In this document: positions 52,875-64,000 of the stretch, piece by piece
Numbering within the stretch: the first letter of the stretch is position 1
Layout of the letters: every line of letters begins with the position of its first letter
Assembly (NCBI GenBank): GCA_030704615.1
Contig: CM060734.1
Coordinates: forward strand, 34,038,001 to 34,102,000
Source: Takakia lepidozioides
Taxonomy: Eukaryota > Plantae > Bryophyta
Length of the DNA stretch: 64,000 nt
Direction: 5' to 3'
Position numbers and translations under genes: made by a program
The notes under the pieces: generated by a model
What the model saw: only the letters and a program-made list of their open reading frames with translations
What the model was told of the DNA's origin: nothing
Databases searched by the model: none

Positions 52875-53124
52875 GAGGTTAGCTATTTCATGAGCATGAG
52901 CGGCATGAGCGGCATGAGCGGAGTAGTAAGACAATCGGTTTTCATGAGCAGAAGTACAAATTTTGAAAATAAAAAACAATAAAAAACAATAAACATAATT
53001 TAATGCAATGTGTCAGGAAAAACAAATATATTATTCGGCCCATTGAAGGGAAAATTGTAGTTTTGACAGTTGTGCTCATGATATTTCGTCTTCCGCTCAT
53101 GCCAATTCCCAGCGACATGTGCAA

Positions 53125-53560
53125 ATATGGCGCCGAATTTCGCGGTAATAGGGTCCGTAACCTGAAAAAACGGCGACGTATTTCGCGGTAATAGGTCTCT
53201 CTGGCGAAAAATGGTGCCGAATTCCGCGGCTATAGGTCCCCTCATGACAGGTAATTCGGCGCCATTTTTCCAGTGCATGTTCGGACTTAGCCAGTTTTCG
53301 GCGCAAAATAGGGAAATTCGGCGCCATTTTTCCAGACACTGTACCAGTGCATGTTGGGACTTAGCCAGTTTTCGGCCCAAAAAAGAGAAATTCGGCGCCA
53401 TTTTTCCAGACACGGTACCAGTGCATGTTGGGACTTAGCCAGTTTTCGGCCCAAAAAAGAGAAATTCGGCGCCATTTTCCCAGACACAGGTACCAGTGCA
53501 TGTTGGGACTTAGCCAGTTTTCGGCCCCAAAAAGAGAAATTCGGCGCCATTTTTCCAGAA
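53125..53560. repeat. Subterminal repeats including ~74-bp tandem units (x4)
   Basis: CCAGTGCATGTTGGGACTTAGCCAGTTTTCGGC at ~53270, 53344, 53418, 53493; core AAATTCGGCGCCATTTT. Confidence 0.92.
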
Positions 53561-53713
53561 ATGGCCCCACAACTGCTTCTGTTGGATCTCAGTTTGAATG
53601 GAATATTGCCTCATTCCAGGAGTTTTGGGGTGCATTTCATTACACTGCAAAAAAAAGTCTGATACAGCAAAATGCAATTGAAAATATCCATATGGAGGAT
53701 TCCCTTTGCCCCA

Positions 53714-56700
53714 TCAATGATTTCTGGAATCCCTAAGGAGGAGTTTGTGCAGCTCGTTCACGCTCAACGCCGGTGCATGAATAAAGTCATCAATAGTCAC
53801 GTTCATCCTCAACCTCTTCAGGTAAATGTAATACAGATGCTTGCACGGATAATACTTCGAACCCTTCTTTGCTTCCATCAACGAGAAGTCCGTACAATTG
53901 CAAGTCGGCTCCACTCCAATCGTAATTGTGTATACATCGTCGCGTACAGCCGAGCCGGCCGTTGCCATCCGATACACACGCCCAAGGCCGGGTGGGGGTA
54001 CGTCCACGGAGCTCTGAATAGTGCAAGCCATCCCAAGAGCATTGGCAATCCGAGTCTCATTCAACTTGTTGGGAGGGTGTCGTCTCTTCACTCTTCCGAA
54101 TCGCATTGTGGGATGTGCAGAATTGTCCAATCCGTCTCTACTGGACCGAGCAGTCTGCAATGGCTGGGTCTGAGGAACCGGAAATGCGTGGGCCGGGATG
54201 TCTGTGCGTTGCACCATTCGAAATCCTGCTGCAGATAGAGCATCCGCCTCATTCTGAGAGAGGCTGCAACCCGGTGCAACAGGCCAGACGCCCGGAGGCT
54301 CCGGCATTCCCTGAATCCCGTACTTGGGCTTGCCAAATACACAGGTCATTATGTCGTGCCTACAGAACCAAAATGTCTGCGTTGTGGCGTGAGCAAATGT
54401 GGGAGTCAAAAATCTGCCGCTGAAACAAGGTGCAGGTACAGCACCGTGTGGGTTCCTCCGAATCATCTCACCACAGCGTGCTCTCGTATCCACCCGGATG
54501 GCGCAGCACTTCCCTCGAAATGCCGGCAATGTCCTCGCAATTCTCCACTGTGACTCCGACACTCTTGTCTCCACAATGGGAATGTTGTACTGCTTTACTA
54601 CAGATGGCTCGTTATGTTGCCGGGGCACGCGCCCTGTGCTCAAAGGAGATGGCGATCTTGAACGTGCAGGACTTGCGGTGCTCGACGAGACCTCCTCGGG
54701 CAACATCACCGGACCACGAGGGAGCGTGCGAATATTCTTGTCAGCTCGCCATGAATCCTCTTCTCCGCCAGGTGCCTCGTCAAGTCTTCGTCTCACTGGA
54801 CGGGTATGAACATCTCCTTCCAAATGTTGGCCTCTTCGCAGCAATGGCGTGTCCCGAAGGCCCTCTCGCAAGGCCGCCGCCCACTTCCGAGGATTCTTCG
54901 ATCTAGAGGCAGTCCGCATCAGCATTTCCTGCCTGTCCGGCCCCAAGCCCCACTGTTTCCCTTTCAAGAACTCGTTGTACCTGCATTGCTGCATAATTGA
55001 CCTCACAATGTCCTCCGTTGTGGCAGTGAGGATGTCCACCAGATGCGCCGCAGAGGAGGCACGCCAGGAAGAGTGCACTGATTCGGCCATGTTTGTCGTG
55101 GGCATGTCGGTGTCGGAGTCGAGACACATTTCCTGCACAAGCACATGTTGAGGTTACAAGCAAGTTACAAATATGGCCAAGAATAATATTCAACGGGACG
55201 CGAATTCGTGCAACTCACCTCCCGCATATAGTCGCCGAACTGGAGGAAACGATAATGCCACCATGCTAGCCAACTGACCATTGCTCCCTCGTCTGATTTC
55301 CTTACAGCACCTGACGATGTCCACCAAGCCCGTATACATGCAAACTGTGTCTCTGCATCATCCAAGGTGGGAGCGCGCTTCCACGCAAGGCACATGGAAC
55401 GGTGCTCCTCTCTGAAATCTGGCGCCACGAGCCTGGTTGTGTACTGCGAAAGGCTCTGCAGAAAATGGAACCCACAAGATCTCTCCTTGCCTTCCATGGG
55501 AACATTGGGGTCTTGCCCGTACACCCTTCGGATGGCAGCCCAATTTGCTTGTGCGTTGTCCGCCATGAAACCACGGAAATTGGGAGGGGGCAATCCCGCC
55601 TTGGCCATCTGTTCGTTTATTCCCTGCCAAAGAAGCATCTCCGATTGTGTGTCCTCTCCTTTCATCTCACAAATAGCAATTGTCATTAGCATCCTGCAGT
55701 GGGTGTCGTAGACATGTGCACCCATTGTCACCCACTGGTGATTTGTAATTCGCTTGATATGGTCGAACATGACCCAACTGTTTGACAAGTCCCCACTCGT
55801 CATCCTGTCGACCAGTTCGACGCCGCTGCCAGGTCCACACGTGGACATTTTGAATACGAAACAACGATCTGCCTCAGTCCCTTGTCCTGGAAACCTACTT
55901 CCATGAATGTAGTCATATCCACATCGTCGCTTCACCTCCAGAATGGAGTGCATATCCGAGCCACGCCCAATTTTCTGTTTGCATGAGACAATGTGGTTTC
56001 GGACATTCGGTGAACATACGTGGGACACCGACTCCAGCAATGCCTCCATTTCCTTCTCATCGAGAGGAACTCTATCGGAGCCGTCTTCCGACATAATTCT
56101 GGCCAATGCCATCTTATGGGCGGCTTGGAGCTGTATCTGTTTGGGTTTGGCACCCGGTCTCAACTTAACCTCCTCCTGAACGAGCTGCTCTGCCTCGTGG
56201 GCAGCCTCCCGCGAGTTCCCCCTCGCCAATTTGTGACAATGGGAACCAACGTGTATGCAAGCTCGGGTGAGGTCAGGGAAACGGTGCAACACATAGAACT
56301 GCTTGGCATTACAAACAGACATGCAGTGTGGTGGTTCTTTGCAATGCGCACACTTAAATGTGGAGTTCGGAACCTTCTCCTGAGCTCGAAATGGTTGATG
56401 AGCTGTGCCTGTCCAATCGGTCTCGTTCCTGTGACCTCTGGATTTAAAGTGGAAGCAAGTTGGGGAGAAACACCGCAACGCGCCCGCACAAACAACGTAG
56501 CGCACCCGCACACCATCGAGCATCTTCATGCTGGTGGTTTTGGTAACGCACCAAGGATGACCGTCATGTTTTCTATCCATATCTGTCAACATTCCGGACG
56601 CCCTCGAGTAGTCCGCCCGAGGAGGGAACTCAAAGAAGATATTACCGTCGACGTCGGCGGGAAGGCATGTAACCGATTTAATTGCGAACTTGCTGTAGTC

Positions 56701-57306
56701 CAGCCCGGCCAGCTCCGACCGGTGTCCCTCCAGGTGAAGCCCTCGCAGAATTTCAAGAATAGATCGAACTGCGGTGCTCGTGCTGGGAATATGACTCCCT
56801 CCTCCACTGACGTCCATTGAGGACTTGCCTGATCTCCAGGACGACCTCGGAACTTCCATGACCTCGTCTGAGTCGGACAGGTTGTGAACAACCCGGTTCT
56901 CGCTCGTCTTCATGGATGGGTTCGGCTCTGGATTTACTTCGTTGCGGACTTCTCTCTTTGAGGTAGCCACTCTCTGATTCGCGGATTGTTTCGTGGAAGG
57001 CGCCAGGATAGAAGGTGCATTTGGCGGGCAAATGAAGTCCCCAACAGCCCTGTATATGACGCTGTCCGATGGTGGAACTCGCCATTCCCTGCCATCGCCG
57101 AAATCATCGTGGAGCACAACAATACTCTCGACAACAAGGCCGTTTGAGTCCTTCCTTTCCTCCTCCAAAAAAACCGACCCCGGTTTCAGGTGGTATCGAA
57201 CGCACAGATATTTCTCCATCACCCGGCAGATGTCCCCTCTGCACGGAAATGAAGCTCTATGCTCGTGAGGAGGGCAGTACACTGTAGCGCTCGGGTTTTC
57301 CGCCAT
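53714..57306 (-). CDS. MULE-type DDE transposase, ~1,168 aa, with N-terminal GCM-like zinc domain and C-terminal SWIM finger; two exons (57306-55219, 55132-53714)
   Basis: Phase-0 GT-AG intron 55133-55218 joins ORFs 55165..57321 and 53714..55144; WVMFDH (D1), FMADNAQA (D2), CGFH (CxxH), PTTNMAESVH (E); CAGALRC..CAHC..HVGSHCH; SWIM CNC...PCKH; no stops. Confidence 0.85.
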
Positions 57307-57539
57307 GGGAGATGTGCACACAAGACTGCCAGGATGGCGTGCGGGGAAGCTCCCTGGTAGAAGGGGGATGCAGCGATGGGAAGGAATGCGGTGCCGATTT
57401 GTCCGAGCGACGAAGCCTGATCCAAATCCAGGGAGCCAACTATCTCAAAAATCCACAGTCAGAGTGTTAATGAACCTTGTCTCCGGAATGCGGCCCCTGG
57501 TCTTTGCGCAATAACTGCCAACGGTATGCAGTCAGAAAG

Positions 57540-58640
57540 TGGGGGCCGTCCGGATGATGTCGGCTGAAGGGGAGAAGCCGGCACCGTGCCGTCACATTAC
57601 TACCCCCGAATGGAAATTCGGCACCCAATATCCAACAGGGGCCGCACGGATGAAGTCGTCTGGGGCAGAGATGCCGGCACCTGTCCGACAGAGAACATCC
57701 CCCGGATGGAAATTCAGCGCCGAATTTCCATTCGGATCCCCCAAAGGAAGTCCTGTCGGGGGGTCAGGCCGAAAACTGGCCGACATAAAAACCTCCGCGG
57801 ATGGAAAAACGGCGCCGAATTTCCATCCGAGGCCTTTCGGATGCAGTCGGCTCGGGGGAAAGGCCGCCATCTGGCCCTCACATTACAACCCCCGGACGGA
57901 AATTCGGCACCGAATATACAACAGGGGAAGCCCGGATGAAGTCGCCTCGGGCGCAGAGGCCGGCGCGTGTGCGACAGAGAACATCCCCTGGATGGAGATT
58001 CGGCGCCGAATTTCCATCCGGGCCCCCCCAAAGGAAGTCGTGTCGGGGGGTCAGGCCGAAAACTGGCCGGCATAAAAACATCCCCAGATGGAAAAACGGC
58101 GCCGAATTTCCATCCGGGGCGGTTCGGATGCAGTCGGGGAGGGGGGAGAGGCCGGCACCTGGCCGTCACATTTCAACCCCCGGACGGAAATTCGGCACCG
58201 AATATCCAACAGGGGACGCCCGGATGAAGTCGCCTCGGGCGTAGAGGCCGGCACGTGTTCGACAGAGAGCATCCCCTGGATGGAGATTCGGCGCCGAATT
58301 TCCATCCGGGCCCCCCCAAAGGAAGTCGTGTCGGGGGGTCAGGCCGAAAACTGGCCGACATAAAAACCTCCCCAGATGGAAAAACGGCGCCGAATTTCCA
58401 TCCGGGGCCGTTCCAATGCAGTCGGGGAGGGGGGAGAGGCCGGCACCTGGCCGTCATATTTCAACCCCCGGACGGAAATTCGGCACCGAATATCCAACAG
58501 AGCGGCGGAGAGGCCGGCACCTCTCCGACAGAGACCATCCCCCGGATGGAAATTCGGCGCCGAATTTCCATCGGGGCCCCCTCAAAGGAAGTCGTAAAAA
58601 CCTCCCAGAATGGAAAAACGGCGCCGAATTTCCGTCCGAG
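57540..58640. repeat. ~288-bp tandem units (almost 4 copies)
   Basis: GAAATTCGGCACC at ~57613, 57900, 58187, 58475; each unit holds several CGGCGCCGAATTTCCATCC motifs. Confidence 0.92.
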
Positions 58641-58759
58641 GCTGTTCCGATTTGCCTCTAGCAGTCAAGGATTCCAAGAAAAACGTGTCTACAAGTGCAC
58701 TTCAGCCACAAAACAAACAGTTAGGTTTGTTTTTCTCCGAAAAATCAATCGGACACGCT

Positions 58760-59400
58760 CAGAATTACCTGCAGGAAGGTAATTCAGCGCTTCGAAATAC
58801 CTGGCAAATGGAAATTCGGCGCCGAATATCCATACGCCAGCGATCCGACTTACCTGCTGGATGGAAATTCGGCGCCGGATTTCCATCCATCCGGGATTCG
58901 AATTACCTGCTGGATGGAAATTCGGCGCCGGATTTCCATCCATCCGGGATTCGAATTACCTGCAGGATGGAAATTCGGCGCCGGATTTCCATCCATCCGG
59001 GAGTCGAATTACCTGCAGGATGGAAATTCGGCGCCGGATTTCCATCCATCTGGGACTCGAATTACCTGCAGGATGGAAATTCGGCGCCGGATCTCCATCC
59101 ATCCGCTCTCCGCCCAACCTTGCGGATGGAAATCCGGCGCCGGATTTCCATCCATCCGCCTCCGAATTACCTGCTTGAGGGAAATTTCGCGCGCCGCCCT
59201 ACCTGCGCGGATGGAAATCCGGCGCCGGATTTCCATCCATCCGCTTCTGAATTACCTGCGTGAGGGAAATTTGGCGCGCCGCCCTACCTTGCAGGATGGA
59301 AATTCGGCGCTGAATTTCCATCCTGCTGCGCTCCGAATTACCTGCAGGATGGAAATCCGGCGCCGGATTTCCATCCTGCAGCGCTCCGAATTACCTCTAC
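58760..59400. repeat. 53-bp tandem units, each with a ~30-bp near-perfect palindrome
   Basis: GAATTACCTGCAGGATGGAAATTCGGCGCCGGATTTCCATCC at 53-nt spacing (58900, 58953, 59006, 59059), about 11 copies including degenerate ones. Confidence 0.92.
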
Positions 59401-59585
59401 GTTGGAAATTTCGGGCCGAGTTCCGTCGATTTTCATCCGACATGGAGGGCTTCATCCGACATTTAATTGCGCAGTTGGGCAATAAATGTCCACCGCCGTC
59501 CGTTTTCATTCGGGCTGGCGACACATGGCTTCCTGGATACGTACCCTAAATCTGATGCTAATCTTGGCTTAACATGCTATTCGAG

Positions 59586-62500
59586 GCATGTACCCCAAAA
59601 ACGGAAGATCTTTTTCCATTTTGGCTGGGACTTATGCCGCCTGAAGGGCGTGGCTCTCCTGAGAGAGACCTCACATCCAGACCGCGGCGGAAGTTGAAAG
59701 CTCTGTACTACGGACGACGGCCAATCTCTCGCATGGCCAAACTGAAGCTCCAGCAGGAGATTCCAGTGTCTTGCTCACAACCCGCGCCAACTGAAGCCGA
59801 GTACTCTCAGGCAAGCCACTTCTGCTTTCGCTTTGTTCGATTTGTTTTTTGCTTTCGCTTTCGCTTTCGCTTTGTTGCCTCGCTTTGTTTTTGCATCTTC
59901 ATCCTGGCTTCGCTGGATGAGTGAACCTTAGATAGTTGAGTGAACCTTAGATTGTTTGCAATGCGTGTGCAAATCCGGCAGCTCTGGAGAAGGCTGCTTG
60001 TGCATGTCATTCTCAGGCAATGGTTGCATTTGTTTTCATTGTTGTTGCATGGCTCTCCATACTTCCTAAACTTGTTATGTTTTCATTTTTGTTACACGAT
60101 TGTTGCTATGGTGGTTGCGCTGCTCGTTGCGATGCTGGTTTTTGCACCGATGTTGGTTCTCACGATTTTTGGGAATGACAGAGTGACGACGAGCCCGACA
60201 CGCTGGTGGTATCATCGACAGCTCCAACTCATCGCATGTTTGAATCGCCCAACTTGGGGCGAGAGGGCAAACTTAAACCTTTTGTTGGTGGACGGGAGGA
60301 CTTGCAACGAGAGTACGACAGAATAGGCATTGGGGAGGTTGGTGCAGGCGGCATGGCAGGTGAAGGGCGTGAGGACATGAGGACAGCAGATCCGGCAATG
60401 GAGGTTGTTGATGCACATGCAGTAGGGCCCGCCCACGCAAAGAAAAAGAAGAAAGCTAAGCACATGCAATCCCCGGCGAGAGAGCCGTCACGGGCTGCAG
60501 GGGGAGTGAGCAGTGCGCGCGAGGGTGTCAGTTCGCCTCAATCAAAGGTGGTCGTCCTGGAGGGCTCCCCTGCTGCTAGCCCTAGTAAGAAACAGAAAGC
60601 CCGTGAGAGGGCAAAAGAGAGGGCAAAAGAACAGACGAGACAGAATGCTAGCCAGGAGGAAAGAGAAAAGGCCACTGAAGAGGCCAGGGGTGCCCAAATG
60701 ACAGATGCCAATGTAAGCGAGGGACGCACAGAGACGGTGGATCCCTCCAAGACACCACAGAGAGGCAGTAACACACCGGTTAGACCATCGCGGGCAAGAG
60801 CAGCCCCTGCAATTACCCATACGGTGGAGAGTGGAGGAGAGGAAAGAACACCAGAAAGAGCACGGATTGTGCAAGTTCGAGGTGAAGCCAGGGAGAGGGC
60901 AGTAGAGACGGGGAGAGTGCTGGAGGTGGTTTCGCAGGTGGCTGACCCTGTTGAGGAGGACGACAGGGAGCTTTCTGACCAGGATGACATCCTCCCGGAC
61001 ATCCCCAGGCCCCAAACCCGGAGCATACAGGCTGGATTTGGCGGTCCTGGTGGGCTGCCGGAAAACCCCTCTGCAGCAGACGTCATGTCGGAGGCGGATA
61101 TGAAGTTGGCCGCTGCCAAGATGTTGGAGGCAACCCACAGCAACATTGGCAGGGTGCTGGGGGGCATGGTGTACCCGGCCAAGCTTCGAATTCCCCTTTG
61201 CCGCTTGGTGTCATTGCAGGTGGTGAGACCTGCCCTCCCAGGCGATATCGACAAGCTGAAATTCTCTTTCCGGGATGGATATCGAATGGGGTCTGCCGCG
61301 TTTTACGTTTCCATTGAGAACGACCACGGAGCTTCCCGTGCCCACACTTCCGATGAGGTGGACAAATGGGGTCCCCATTGGCAAACGCGAAATGAGGAGT
61401 TCGAGAGATCGATTGCTAGTGATCCTCTTTTCCAGCACTTGTCCGGTAAGATGTTCTACGTGTGGGACGGCAATCATCGCCTCCTGGCATGGATGGAGCA
61501 CATTGCCCAAGCCCACCCCAACGACCTCGATTGGCATTTCGCCGTGGATTGTGTTGTGCTGAAGGTTGCGGGGCCCAAAGATCGCAGTCTTCTCAAAGCT
61601 GCAATGGCGGACATCAACTCGTAAGCTACAACGCCTCTCGCTTTTGGACTTTGAATTTGGAAGTCATTTCATTGCGAATCCTCATATATGATGAAAATTC
61701 CCATTTCAGTATTGTTTGATGGAAATGTGGCACTGCAGGGTGACTGAGAATGCCTTCATTGCCACCAACTTGTCCCATATGCTCTTCCGAGTGAAGGATG
61801 TCGGGAAGCAGGGGGTGCAAGAGTTTGCCAATTCCCTCAGTGCCGACCTCCTGCGCAAGTCGGAGGCAAAGGCAGACAGAACCTGGTATAGGCTGAGCGT
61901 CGACGCCATGGTGGACTACATATTTCGGGTAAAGCTCCTGACAGTTTTGTTGAGCTAATCTGTCTCTCCTCCCCCAATAGAAGAAAATGTCTTCACCGTG
62001 ATTTCTAATCTCCTCCCCCAATAGAAGAAATTGTGTTGAGCAGGATCTCTAATCTTATGTGCGCATTCTTGACAGACGAAAATACAGCAGGATTTGGCAC
62101 ATGCGCGGAGGTTCTACATGGAGTCAGAGGAGAAGAATCCAACCCTCCCGGCACTCGAATCGTATGTCAAAGCTGCGGAGGTGAGGGCCCGCATAAAGTA
62201 CAAGTCGCGGATGGTAAAGTACGTGGCCATAGCTGATCCCGCCCTTGGTGCCGACTTTCTGGTGGAGGTGGGGAAGCACTACTCTCGCGCTCTGAAGCCC
62301 ACGATGACATTGGAGAAGCTCCATCGTCTAGCCACATCCTGTGTGGATGCAACAGAAAAGGTGATACATTCTTAACCAAATTGTGGTGGCAACAACTCCT
62401 TTTTGTGGTGTTTGGCGCTTACGAATATGCTGGGTGGTTGGACAGACCCGGTGGCTCCAAATCTGGAATGGTTCCCAAAGTACCAGGACATGTGGAGCTT

Positions 62501-64000
62501 CCCCAAACCGGACAAACTCTCTGACCCCACATTCGACATGTGGATGAACCGCATGACATGGTGGTTTCAGGTACTTCCCCACGCTTCGTTTGGGGCTTCT
62601 ACTCTAGTAGGGGGTGGATTCATTGTATTTTTTCAGGAAAGCGATCTGATGGAGAATCTCCACAGGTGACGACGAATGCGCAAGAGCAGCTGGACACACA
62701 AGCACATCAGTTCAAGATGGAGATATCTCCTGCAGCAGAGAGCCTACGTGACTATGTGACGAGGTACTTTCTGCTCTACAAAACCAACCTATTCTTTCGG
62801 GAGATAGCAGATGCTCGCCGGAGCCACGAGTTCACCGACCAGCCGAACGCGGACAAAGCAGCAATGCGCCTTCTGTACAGGTACATACGCGCTGCCTTTC
62901 TTTCAAGTCCTTGCATTTTAGGATGTTAGAGGCCTCATGTGGTGTTAGGGAAAATGGCGCCGAATTTCCAGTCAGGGCTCCGAAAATGGCTACGTCCCTA
63001 GACTGGCTGGCCCTGAACTGGAAATTCGGCGCCATTTTCCAATTCGAGGCCCTATTGCCGTTCAGGGACTTGGCCATTTTCGGGCTAAGTCCCTTGACTG
63101 GCTGGCCCGGAACTGGAATTTCGGCGCCATTTTCCAGTTCCAGGCCCTATTGCCGTTCAGGGACTTCGCCATTTTCGGGCTAAGTCCCTAGACTGGCTGG
63201 CCCTGAACTGGAAATTCGGCGCCATTTTCCAGTTCCAGGTCCTATTGCCGTTCAGGGACTTAGCCATTTTCGGGCTAAGTCCCTAGGGTGGCTGGCCCTG
63301 AACTGGAAATTCGGCGCCATTTTCCAGTTCCAGGCCCTATTGCCGTTCAGGGACTTAGCCATTTTCGGGCTAAGTCCCTAGGGTGGCTGGCCCTGAACTG
63401 GAAATTCGGCGCCATTTTCCAGTTCCAGGCCCTATTGCCGTTCAGGGACTTAGCCATTTTCGGGCTAAGTCCCTAGGGTGGCTGGCCCTGAACTGGAAAT
63501 TCGGTGCCGTTTTCCAGTTCCAGGCCCTATTGCCGTTCAGGGACTTAGCTATTTTCGGGCTAAGTCCCTAGGGTGGCTGGCCCTAAACTGGAAATTCGGC
63601 GCCATTTTTCCAGTTCTAGGCCCTATTGCGGTTCTGGGACTTGGCCATCTTCGGGCCAAACCGGGAAAAATGGCGCCGAATTTCCAATTCAGGGCTCCCA
63701 AGATGGCTAAGTCCCTAGGGTGGCAGTCACCGAAAACCGAAATTCGGCGCCATTTTTTCATTTCTAGGCCCACTCACATCCGCCCCAACCTGGGAAAATG
63801 GTGCCGAATATGCATTTCAGGGACCTCATTGTGTTTTTCATGAATGCAGGTACTGCAAGTTCTCCCTTTTGGAGAAAGGTCATCTGTCTTTCGAGCCACC
63901 ATTCTTCCTGGCATGGAGGAACCCTGGGGCCGACTCCATGCACACTGACGATATTGTGAAGGATCTGGAACATTTGCGTGATTGCCCTTGGTATGTGGAC
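59586..64000 (+). CDS. Multi-exon gene with a ParB/Srx-like N-terminal-fold domain (incomplete; runs off window)
   Basis: Frame-consistent exons 60182-61620, 61739-61928, 62076-62360, ~62403-62570, 62666-62880, 63850-64000; probable upstream exon ending 59810 (GC donor); IPLCRL...VRP...DIDKLKFSF...FYVWDGNHRLLAW fits the GxxRxxA motif; start codon and 62360-62403 junction unresolved. Confidence 0.7.
62950..63810. repeat. 95-bp tandem array (~8 copies) inside intron 62881-63849
   Basis: GGCTGGCCCTGAACTGGAAATTCGGCGCCATTTTCC repeated at 95-nt spacing (ORF echoes at 63288, 63383, 63478). Confidence 0.92.

Larger units (their letters stand above)
52875..64000. mobile_element. Large Mutator-like (MULE) DNA transposon, left end in window, extends past 64000
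   Basis: Abrupt junction with Gypsy sequence at ~52875 (GAGGTTAGCTATTTCATGAGC, CATGAGCGG x3); transposase and second gene linked by arrays with one shared core; right end and TSD not visible. Confidence 0.75.

Noticed and set aside
58760-59400. CRISPR-like array of palindromic repeats
   Set aside because: Intervening sequences are themselves repeated rather than unique spacers, no cas genes, eukaryotic context
57539-59549. Many 75-217 aa ORFs with MEIRRRISI/WKFGAEFP repeats (also 53.0-53.7 and 62.9-63.8 kb)
   Set aside because: Translations of GC-rich palindromic repeats, open on both strands; unit lengths 53, 74 and 95 are not multiples of 3

Overview
Eukaryotic, repeat-dense DNA, most likely from a non-seed land plant (inferred from PLS-type PPR fragments, an LRR-malectin receptor kinase, GT-AG introns and non-chromovirus Ty3/Gypsy elements). 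No intact host gene is evident. Left to right: a hAT-type MITE (2.6-3.3 kb); a CACTA-terminated segment with an OSB 'PDF' motif fragment, a ~180-bp tandem array and a PPR fragment (4.2-8.0 kb); a truncated LTR-retrotransposon relic with Gag zinc knuckle, aspartic protease and a full set of DNMT3-like C5 cytosine methyltransferase motifs (8.0-11.1 kb); an ACTGGT-bounded element in head-to-tail copies carrying a decayed MULE/SWIM-family gene (11.2-15.6 kb); PPR and LINE debris; a frameshifted non-RD LRR-malectin kinase (20.3-23.3 kb); a ~29-kb nest of one Ty3/Gypsy family inserted into itself, with inversions (23.4-52.9 kb); and a large CpG-rich Mutator-like element from ~52.9 kb past the window end. 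That last element encodes an apparently intact ~1,170-aa GCM-like/DDE/SWIM transposase and a divergent multi-exon gene with a ParB/Srx-like domain, set among four tandem arrays that share a palindromic AATTCGGCGCC core. The two strongest leads are the retrotransposon-borne DNA methyltransferase and the transposon-borne ParB-like gene with its palindromic arrays. All domain calls come from motif recognition by eye; no searches were run.
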